A stretch of 25,469 nt of DNA from a virus (lineage: Duplodnaviria; Caudoviricetes): IMG/VR virus record IMGVR_UViG_3300005805_000440, positions 1 through 25,469 of that record. The stretch is one strand, 5' to 3'. This document shows, one piece after another, positions 8,101-16,700 of the stretch (the first letter of the stretch is position 1; every line of letters begins with the position of its first letter). The translations under genes and the position numbers were made by a program. The notes below the pieces were generated by a model. That model was not told where the DNA came from, made no database searches, and worked only from the letters and a program-made list of their open reading frames with translations.

Positions 8101-11100
8101 ACCTTCAGGCATGAGAGTTGTTGGTGGTGGAGCATCTGATAGGCGTGTTATTTCTGGTGCAAATGTAGCAAGTGTTATTAGTAGAGGATTTAAAGGACCA
8201 CGTTTGGTTGGTGCTGGAGCGCAAGACGGTATTGATTTAACTCGTGGTGTAACTTATGGACAAACAGCAGGTGGATTGCTTGTACCTCAAAGTGCATTAG
8301 AAGATGCATTAAATAAAAATACACAATCACAAAATTTAGGAACAGACACTCAGGATAAAAATACAGAAACACAAGAAAAAACTGCAAAACAATTAAAACA
8401 AGAACAACGTCAAGCAAGAATGCAAAGAATGTCGTCAATTGGTGGTCCAGTTGCGATGGCAGCAGGAACAGCAGGTATGGTTGCTGCTATGAGTGGTGCT
8501 CCACAAACAATGACTAATTTCTTATTTGGTATATCTGCAGTTGCTGGACTTTTGCCACTCCTTGCTAATCCACTTGGAATGGCAGTTGCTGGTATTGCTG
8601 CACTTGGAATAGCAGTTTATAAATTTAATGCAGATATTAAAAAAGCAAGAGAAGAGGGTGTTGCTCTTGCTAAGTCTATGACTATGACAAATGAAAAACT
8701 TATAGAACTTTCTAAGATTACTGGAAGTGTTAGTGCTACAGAACTTGCAAAAAGACAAAGACAAACTGTTTTAAGTGGTGCATCTGGTGTACAAAGAAAA
8801 ACAGGACAAACAATTCTTGAAAGTGGATTTGGTCAAGGTTTAGTAAAAGACATAGAAAAACAACAAAAAACTGGTGCTTCTAATGCACAAGTTGCTAAAA
8901 GTGTTGGACTTGGATTATCTACTGCAATTATGCAAGGTGTATTAACAGTAGAGCAAGCAAGAAGTTTGGCTGCTGCTCTTGGAGAAAAACTTGGAAATTA
9001 TGATATACCAGCAAGAATTAGTGGAACAATAGTTAGTTTGTTGGGACCAAATGGTGAAAGATTAGAAAGCGAGCCACTTCAGGTTGCTCTTGCAATCAAA
9101 AAAGAATCTATGACTCAACAAGCAGAAATGTTTCAAAATGCAATGTCAAGGAGACAATCTACTATAACAGCACAAAATGCTGCTGGAATGACTGCTGGAG
9201 TCGGACTAATGGCAGCAGCGGGTGGTGCTGCAGCAACTGGTGTTGGAATTCCTGTAGCCGCTGGATTACTAGTTGCTGGTGCTGCAGCAACTGTTCTTTC
9301 ATTAAAAAATCAAAATGATATTAAAGCAAAAAATCTTACATTAGATACAGCAGCAGTTCAACTTGGACTTGAAACAGTAGCACAAGGTCAAGGACTTATA
9401 GATTCATTAAATAAACAATATGATGCAAAAATTAAACAGGCAAGAACTGCAGAAGAAATAAAAAGACTTGAAGCAGAGCGTAAAACTGCAATTGATGCAG
9501 TAAATAAAGAAAATGCTAAAACATTAGATATTTTAATTAAACAAAAAGATCAGTTTACCCCTGGTGCATTTGATGCTGCTATAAAGGCTGCTGCAGATAC
9601 AATGTACAAAGAAGGGCCTATGGCTGTGTTTAAAGATGAAGCAATTAAGGCTTTGTCAGAACTAGAAAATAGCAGTTTTAAAACCACCCTTCAACTAGGA
9701 ATAGCATCTGGAGACATGGATCCTAATCAAATTATTGCTTTAATAAATATGGTAGAAAAGAATCCTGATATTAAAACTAATTTTGATTTTATTGTAAGAT
9801 CTCAGGGCTTGGCAGAAGCAAATGTTTTAGTTGGTTTATTAGAAAAAGCAGGGGCAAACGAACAAACATATAAAATTATTATGGATTTTATTAAGAAAAA
9901 TCCAACAGAGTTTAAAGATGTACAAGATGGATTGTCTACAATTTCAAACATTTTGCCAAAGTATGGTATAACAGTAGATATTAATACTGTTGGCTTAGAC
10001 CAGTTAAAAATGGTTCAAAGAATAACAGATACTTTAAGTACACAAAAAGAGCCTTTAACTCAACAAGTAATTGCAGATTTAAGAGATGCTGCTGGAAACC
10101 CAGTTGATAAAGAAATTTATCAAGATATTTTAGACAACTGGACTACTCTTGTTGGATCTCAAGATACGATTACAAAACAAATGGTTATTGATTTTACTGC
10201 AACATACTCAGATCCAAACGTTAAACAATTCTTTGGTACATCTACTGGTATCCCACAAACTATCAGAGGACAAAAGGTAAATATTGATGCTGGACAAGCA
10301 AGTGCATATTTAGTTGGCAGTGGTAAAGGAAGTCAAGGTGGTGGTGTTAAACCTCCACAAACTCCACCTTCAGGTGGAACTGGTGACAGAGACACTACAC
10401 TTGATAATTTATTAACAAGATTAAAATTTATTCGCAAGGCATCAATTAATGCTGAAGGTGGAATTAAAACATTAATGAATATAACAAAAGGTGCTGGTTT
10501 AACTAAATTTGTTGGTGTAACTCAACAATTAATGGCTGGACCAAAAGGCGGATTTAACAGAGAGTTTATAACATTTTTAGAGAGTATGGATAATAAAACT
10601 CGTAAAACTTATATGACTGTAAAAGATGGTCAAGTTGTTTTAACAAAACAGGGCAAGGCACTTAAAGAAGCATTTAATGAAAAAGTCATTGGTGAATATC
10701 AAGTGGCGCAGGCTCAAGCAAAACAAGATACTCTAGCACAAGGTGCAGCACTGGCTAAACTAAAGGCCGCTGGAGTTGATTCTGCTACCGCATTAGAAAT
10801 GGTTTCTGATGCTAATTTAGCCGTAGCAATTAACTCTAAAGATATTAGTAGTGAAGAACTACAACAAATGGCAGCAGATGCTAAGGCTGCTAAAGATGAG
10901 ATGGAAAAATTAAATCTTGAGGTATTAGGTTTGGCAGAAAGTTTAAAGAAGGATGTTGGAGATGCAGTAAAAACTAATCAGGCTCTTTTAAAAGCAAGAG
11001 AGGCTGGCATTGTAGATCCAGAAATGCTAGAGTATATTTCAAAAAATGCTTCACTAGTTAATAAGATTTTACAAGAAGGAACTGGATCTGAAACAGCGCA

Positions 11101-13057
11101 AAGCATTATGCAATCTGTAAATGCTATGAAGGCTCTTGGTGAGCAAACCGAAGCACTTGTTAATCCAGCCCAGGCTGCTTTAAATAAATTCTCTAAATTA
11201 AAAGATGCTGCATTTGAGGCTTTTGATATACAACAACGTCAAGCACAATCTAAATTTAATGCTGGAATGAATAGGACTGTAAACAGTTTTGTTTCTTTAA
11301 ATAAGGTTGGAAGTCAGTTCCAAGGAATGTCCCTTAAGAGTGCAATTAAGTCTGCAGAAGGAACTATTACTGGCCTAAACGATCAAATTAGAGTAATACA
11401 AGATCGTCAAATTAAACCTATAGAAATACAAATTGAAGCAAAACAGCGTTCAATAGATGACATAATGAAGTCTCTTGAGACTCAGGCTGCTGGTATGACT
11501 AAAGGCTTTAAACTTCCAGCAGCAGCATATAAAGATATTGCAGAAGGACTACAAGATCAAATTCAAGGTTTAGAATTAGATATTGAATTTAACTTTAAGA
11601 GACCAATTGATGAATTACAAGAAGAGTCATCAGACTTATCAAATGAATTAACTTTGATGGATAGAGTCATAGATGGTATTAATAAAAAATATGATGCTCA
11701 GGCAGATGCTCTTGAAAAAGTTTCTGAAGTTAATCAAGAAATATTAGATCAACAAAAGAGTCAACTTGATATTGCTAGTGCAATTACACAGGGTGATATT
11801 GCTGCCGCTGCTCGTGCAGCACAAGACGCTAGAGCACAGGCTGCAGCCACAGCAGCAAAGAGGGCTGGTGGAGTACTTGATGCAGCAAGACAGGCTGAAG
11901 TTGGTGCTGTCCGATCTGCAGGCGGTATGACAAGAGAACAAATTGAACAACGTCAGTTCCAGATTAGTCAACAAATATTCCAGTTGGAAGAGCAGTCAGA
12001 GGTTAAGCAACGTGCAATTCTTGCTCTTAAAGATCAAATTGATGCTGGTGAAAGAGCAAGAGAAGCATTTATTAGAGAAACCGTTCTTCCTCTTGAAAGA
12101 GAAATTGAAGGTCTTCAGGCAAGCAAGCAAGTTCACATTGATAATATAGCAAAACTTGAAGCCGATATCCTTAGAATTCAGTATGAGGTTTTAGGACCAC
12201 TTCAGGCAGAAGCAGATATTCTTCAACAAGAATATGATAATGCAATTGATCTTATTGAACAAGAAAAACAACATTGGCTAGATCAAGAAACTGCTCTTAT
12301 TATTGCAACAAAAGAAACAACAAAATTTGCTGGAGAAGCAGATAAAGTTAAAACTGCATTTGAAAATGCTAAAAAAGTTTATGATGATATTAAAAATAAA
12401 ACAGTAACAATAACAGTTGTTTATAACTATGTTGGCACACCACCTAGCGGAAGCACTGGTAATACAGGAAATACAAAAACAGTGCCACAAGGCGTTTTTG
12501 ATAAATTTAAAATGTATGGTGGAAAGATTAATGGCTATATGGGTGGCGGTAGAGTAAAACCTATCTATCGTCCAATGGGTGGATTAATACCTTATATGAA
12601 TAATGGTGGCTTTAAGCCTATGGGTTCTGATACCGTGCCAGCAATGCTAACTCCAGGCGAATATGTAGTAAACAAGTCTTCTACTAAAGCATTTTTACCA
12701 TTGCTAACTGCTATGAATGAAAGTAAGTTCCCATCCTCTCTAACTAAGAGATTATTTAATAGTGCTGGCGATGTAAGAATTACAAGATCATTTAATACAC
12801 CAAACTACAATCTTTCTGCTTTATCAAACACTCAGTTCTTACAGCCATCATACGATGTAAATAGCAACACTTTGATGAATAATCCAATTAGCAATAATAT
12901 TTCTTCATACAGCGACAACTCTAGCGCAGTGTATAATTATAATGTTGGAATAAGTGTTGGTGGAACAGATGCTTCACCTGATACAATTGCCAAGGCAGTA
13001 ATGAGAGAAATTAAGTATATTGACTCTCAAAGAATTAGAAGTCAAAGGACAGCATAG
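5117..13057 (+). CDS. Tape measure protein (2646 aa) with internal insert
   Basis: Longest ORF, Ala/Gln/Lys-rich and helical. TP901-like core (GINASEGANALKSGLASL), hydrophobic blocks, coiled coils, and C-terminal GSDTVPAMLTPGEYVV. GTG start with GAGGTG RBS. Confidence 0.93.
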   Translation: MADVNANIGINIDTSQSLAEIKNLQRQLAQLYTSINKGSAAAAAAQKGLATNLMNTINAGGKFYAQMGTIRTSTESFTHALEKNKLSMREYFRFAGGSTRTFGKLFKSEFDTIGKVAEERVKRMQTQYIKLGRDASGAMKAISITPTTLNMKEYGNQVAVAAQKQALLNQLLKQGSTNLLNFGKNTQWAGRQLMVGFTIPLAYFGTAAAKTFMDLEAQALKFRRVYGDMFTTTAETEKALGEIRALAEEFTRYGVAVTKTMEMAAAAAAMGKTGAELTAQVANATRLAVLGNVEQEQALETTISLTNAFGIAAEDLANKINFLNSVENQTVTAIEDLTIAIPKAGPVVQQLGGSVEDLAFFLTAMREGGINASEGANALKSGLASLINPTKKASQMLADMGINIKDIVERNQGDLKRTVIDFALALDTLAPLERSRAIEQLFGKFQFARLSTLFQNVTKDGTQAAKVLQLATASVEELAILSERELQAVEDAIGTNFREAVEKLKVSIAPIGKEFLKAITPVVEFLGKLFDKFNNLGDGTKKFIVILTSLVGLIGPTLLMTFGLVANGAANIIKMFILMRQGFLKLAGNSTNLAAQTQYMTTEQQEAAIVAASLNQAHSRLTQQFVLEASAVNQLRNAYVGATTAALRFAATNPGMMIPGFKAPVKGFSKGTNKVPGYAKGTDSVPAMLTPGEAVIPEPIAQDDRFKPLIAALVSGEIAKYEEGTVNVGGKTYTTKSQMAARNLEKKIAQLIAAGISEDKIIRALDKNIERGRPMTGSALEKRLSIGRGSSAGTSAPSAIKRLAKESQSGFRTEVRAIKKVLKQKGITLTPAQEKNLFAVQASHIEEVRNAGIKQWNASNLVADLGYVNNYLNTVKGNLGKNLLAMSDDQLKTLGIDRDELRALQSGRHPTTARAAETLRAVARYDASINPRSYQAQAVLAGLEYRSKSKFYAKPLQTLADVKKTPATLAVGKGETVRTADGRLVKVTGQTGIAKPSGMRVVGGGASDRRVISGANVASVISRGFKGPRLVGAGAQDGIDLTRGVTYGQTAGGLLVPQSALEDALNKNTQSQNLGTDTQDKNTETQEKTAKQLKQEQRQARMQRMSSIGGPVAMAAGTAGMVAAMSGAPQTMTNFLFGISAVAGLLPLLANPLGMAVAGIAALGIAVYKFNADIKKAREEGVALAKSMTMTNEKLIELSKITGSVSATELAKRQRQTVLSGASGVQRKTGQTILESGFGQGLVKDIEKQQKTGASNAQVAKSVGLGLSTAIMQGVLTVEQARSLAAALGEKLGNYDIPARISGTIVSLLGPNGERLESEPLQVALAIKKESMTQQAEMFQNAMSRRQSTITAQNAAGMTAGVGLMAAAGGAAATGVGIPVAAGLLVAGAAATVLSLKNQNDIKAKNLTLDTAAVQLGLETVAQGQGLIDSLNKQYDAKIKQARTAEEIKRLEAERKTAIDAVNKENAKTLDILIKQKDQFTPGAFDAAIKAAADTMYKEGPMAVFKDEAIKALSELENSSFKTTLQLGIASGDMDPNQIIALINMVEKNPDIKTNFDFIVRSQGLAEANVLVGLLEKAGANEQTYKIIMDFIKKNPTEFKDVQDGLSTISNILPKYGITVDINTVGLDQLKMVQRITDTLSTQKEPLTQQVIADLRDAAGNPVDKEIYQDILDNWTTLVGSQDTITKQMVIDFTATYSDPNVKQFFGTSTGIPQTIRGQKVNIDAGQASAYLVGSGKGSQGGGVKPPQTPPSGGTGDRDTTLDNLLTRLKFIRKASINAEGGIKTLMNITKGAGLTKFVGVTQQLMAGPKGGFNREFITFLESMDNKTRKTYMTVKDGQVVLTKQGKALKEAFNEKVIGEYQVAQAQAKQDTLAQGAALAKLKAAGVDSATALEMVSDANLAVAINSKDISSEELQQMAADAKAAKDEMEKLNLEVLGLAESLKKDVGDAVKTNQALLKAREAGIVDPEMLEYISKNASLVNKILQEGTGSETAQSIMQSVNAMKALGEQTEALVNPAQAALNKFSKLKDAAFEAFDIQQRQAQSKFNAGMNRTVNSFVSLNKVGSQFQGMSLKSAIKSAEGTITGLNDQIRVIQDRQIKPIEIQIEAKQRSIDDIMKSLETQAAGMTKGFKLPAAAYKDIAEGLQDQIQGLELDIEFNFKRPIDELQEESSDLSNELTLMDRVIDGINKKYDAQADALEKVSEVNQEILDQQKSQLDIASAITQGDIAAAARAAQDARAQAAATAAKRAGGVLDAARQAEVGAVRSAGGMTREQIEQRQFQISQQIFQLEEQSEVKQRAILALKDQIDAGERAREAFIRETVLPLEREIEGLQASKQVHIDNIAKLEADILRIQYEVLGPLQAEADILQQEYDNAIDLIEQEKQHWLDQETALIIATKETTKFAGEADKVKTAFENAKKVYDDIKNKTVTITVVYNYVGTPPSGSTGNTGNTKTVPQGVFDKFKMYGGKINGYMGGGRVKPIYRPMGGLIPYMNNGGFKPMGSDTVPAMLTPGEYVVNKSSTKAFLPLLTAMNESKFPSSLTKRLFNSAGDVRITRSFNTPNYNLSALSNTQFLQPSYDVNSNTLMNNPISNNISSYSDNSSAVYNYNVGISVGGTDASPDTIAKAVMREIKYIDSQRIRSQRTA

Positions 13058-13707
13058 TGACAACATCAGCCTATCTATCTGGTAGAAAACGATATTCAAG
13101 ACCACAGGGTATTCTATGGTCTGAAAATGCTGGAACTCTTACTGGTGGTCTTTACGTTCCAAACGGATATGAGATTGGTGCAGATACTGCAGAAACAGAT
13201 CCAGATCTATTAAATCAATTTATGATTCTGTCTGATCATAATCGTAGTGAAATGTCTTTTACTCCACAAAGAATAGAGCAGCGTCAACGTACTATCAATG
13301 GTCGTATGCGTTCATATCATATTGCAGATAAGTTACAGATTAGTTGGTCATGGAATCTTCTTCCATCCAGATCATATAGTCAAGTGGCAGATTTTGATGA
13401 TGCTACTGGTTTGTCTCCATACAAAAATAGCAGAACTCAAGAATTTACAGCAGACGGTGGTGCAGGCGGGGTAGCAATACTAGACTGGTACAACAATCAT
13501 CAAGGACCATTCTGGATGTATTTAGCATATGACAATTATGCTAATTTTAAAGAAGATGGAGAAATCGTAGATAGTTCTTACGGTCACCTTGCTCAATATA
13601 ATGAAATCATTCAGGTATATTTTGCAGACTTTAACTACTCAGTTGTTAAGCGTGGTGCTACTAACTTTGACATGTGGAATATATCGGTAACACTGGAAGA
13701 GGTCTAA
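13057..13707 (+). CDS. Putative distal tail (Dit-like) protein
   Basis: First gene after the TMP, coupled by TAGTG. RTINGRMR, ISWSW and terminal WNISVTLEEV fit tail-tube-fold Dit proteins. Confidence 0.65.
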   Translation: MTTSAYLSGRKRYSRPQGILWSENAGTLTGGLYVPNGYEIGADTAETDPDLLNQFMILSDHNRSEMSFTPQRIEQRQRTINGRMRSYHIADKLQISWSWNLLPSRSYSQVADFDDATGLSPYKNSRTQEFTADGGAGGVAILDWYNNHQGPFWMYLAYDNYANFKEDGEIVDSSYGHLAQYNEIIQVYFADFNYSVVKRGATNFDMWNISVTLEEV

Positions 13708-13708
13708 A

Positions 13709-16700
13709 ATGTTTGTAAGTGAAGCATTAAAGACACACTTTGAAACATCAGCAACAATAAATCTTCAGTCTTTGGTTTTGGCTGAGTGGAACATGAATAT
13801 GCCAGATAATATTTTTAAAGTTGGTAATTATAGATATAGACCAACAGATGCAAATTCATTATATTCTACTTTGCCTTTTAGTTTTGATCAACTAGATGAA
13901 GGCAATTATTACACAGGTGCAACTGATGCAGATGTTGTTATTGATGGTGGTTTTCAAAATGATGGAACACCACAACAGTTTACGCTAACCAAAGATAAAA
14001 TGAATATGATATTTTCTTTGGAAGATTGCTTAAAACCATTCAGACCAAGGTCTGGAATTAATAAAGCATTTTATGTAGATGGAAGATACTTTGCAAATTC
14101 TGGCGCTAACATGGCAGAGCGACCAAGATATTATATGCCATCTAGATATGATGAGTTTAGATACTGGACTTCATATAGAACTGAAGATGGAGAAGAGTAC
14201 GGAATAGCAAAAAATATATCTAATGATTTATATTTTATTGATGATGCTGTTCCTTTTGTAGTATATAAAGAACAGATTCCAACAAATAGAATTGTTCTTA
14301 AAATGCAAACAAATGTTGGTTCAGTTGATCTTGGACCATTTACAACTAATATTGGAAGTGTTGATGATCCACTATATGGAGATGCAAATAAAACAACTCC
14401 ATCAAGATGGAAGGTTCAATACCTAAATGAAAATGACTGGTTAGACTTATATACATTTAATGAGTTTACAACAAGAGATGATGAAGATAATTCTCCAGTA
14501 ATAGGTCCAGATGGATATGTTGAATTAGAATACGGTTTAATAATTCCAGATGAGTATAAAGATATTTTTGTTTTTGCAGAACAACTATCTTCTAGCACAT
14601 TGCTTCCAGAAAACAATATTATTGGATACGCATATTTGATAGTAGAAAATGACAACGAGGTTGGACTATTTCACATTTGGACGGGTAGCGAATATGAAAC
14701 CTTTGCACCCACATATGGCTGGAGCCTTGGTTCAGAAACAATTACTAATCAAACAAGTTTTGTTGATGACCTAACATCACCTAGTTCATTTATTGATGCT
14801 GTAGATAGCAATACAAAGTATAGACAGTTTCAGTATATTAAGGGTCTTCGTATTGTGGTAGATACTATGAATAAATTAGATGCTACTTTTGACTTAATAG
14901 AAATGTCACCAAGACTTCTGGTTAATATTTCTGAAAAGGTTGTTGATTTTAGAGTTAGCAAAACATTATCTGATCTGTCAACTAGTTCTATTCCAGTTGG
15001 TCAACTAACAGCGTCTAGCGGTGAGTTAAATATATTTGATGATGATCAGGCATTTAATGATAACAATACAAACAGTATCATTGCTGACTACCTTCGTAAA
15101 AATATAAAATTTATGTTTTATGAAAAGATTATGGATGTGGATGGTTTTGACTATTACATTCCTATTAAAACTTTGCACTCAGAGGGGTTCCCACAAGCAG
15201 ATTTAACTGGAGCAACTGTTTCTTTACAACTAAGAGACTTTTATTTTTATTTAGAATCTATGCCAGCACCAAGACTTTTGATGACACAAACCTCATTAAG
15301 TATGGCAATCTGTACACTTCTAGACTATATTGGATTTAGTAATTATGTTTTTAGAAGAGTCACTGATGAATCTGATCCTGTAATTCCATTTTTCTTTGTT
15401 GCCCCAGATCAAAACGTGGCAGAAGTTTTAAATCAATTAGCAGTTGCTACTCAAAGCGCAATGTTTTTTGATGAATATAATAATTTTGTAGTAATGAGCA
15501 AAAATTATTTATTACCAGATGCTGAAGATAGATCTACAGATTTTGTTTTATCTGGTTCAAATAATCAAACCGACAATGGTGTTGTTAAAAACTCAACCTC
15601 TGGCAATCTACCTAACATTTTATCTATAGCATCTCAAGATAAAAAAGTATTTAATGATGGAAAGATTAATTACACCACAAGATATATTCAAAGATCTTAT
15701 GGAAGCATTAGACAAGCAAATTTAGTTGACCGTGAAAAAACCTGGATCTATAAACCAGTACTTCTTTGGGAAGTTGCTGGAACTGAAAATCTAAAAACAG
15801 TTAATGAGATTGCTGCATCGCAGGGTAGTTATGTATTAGGTGCAATGCCAATTAACTCTGATTTGCCATCTACCCTGCCAACAGTATCAAATGGTGCTGT
15901 TATAAATAATATTTTAGATCTTGGAGAAAATGTTTATTGGCTAACAAGATATCAAGGATATTTCTATTCTAACGGAGAAATTATAAAATACGATGCAGTT
16001 CAGTTCAACATAACTGGAACTGGTAATGTTTGGATTAGTAGCAATCAGGATTATCAAAGATACTTTGGATCCCTACCGTTTAATGGAAAAATTTATCCAA
16101 CAGGTTTAGTTAGAATTTATTCTTTGCCATATTATGAAACAATTGATGGAAATACAAGGATGAAAAGTGGTGAAGTTTATCAACATGGTCGTGGACAATT
16201 TGGAACAGCAGTAACCGATCATACTGCTGGCATAAATACGTACTGGACAAATAATGACTATGTTCGTGGATGTAATATGCAAACACAATATTTATTTACA
16301 ACTACGCTTGATGAAGATATAACACCGCCATCCACTACTACTGGTGCAGCGGGAGTGGATAATGCACTTGCTCGTGAAACTACAAGAAATGGCGTTATTA
16401 AAAACTTTATGGCTACAAATTATTTAACAGAAACACAGGTAAATAATTTAAAGTCTACTCAAACTGGAACAATACAGTCTTCAGCACTTGTAATGAATGG
16501 TCCATCTTTTAGAACTACAGAAACTCCAGTTAACTTTGTTTCTTATGTATATAAAGATTTAAATAATGCTTACAGACATTTTGGAACAAGAATGAGAGTA
16601 GTAGGTAAGATTGAAAATAACGAGGTAAGAGGTCAAACACCTATTGGTAGCACAGCATATTATCAGGTTACTGGTGCTGGCACAAATCAAAATATCAGCA

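Noticed and set aside
5791-8764. Minus-strand ORFs within the TMP, including the 236-aa ORF 7015..7725
   Set aside because: Antisense shadows of a codon-biased long gene with no recognisable motifs. An antisense immunity gene for the insert was considered but has no support.
12929-12943. TATAATTATAAT near the TMP 3' end as an internal promoter
   Set aside because: Lacks TGn spacing and a -35, is explained by VYNYN codons, and the next gene is translationally coupled.
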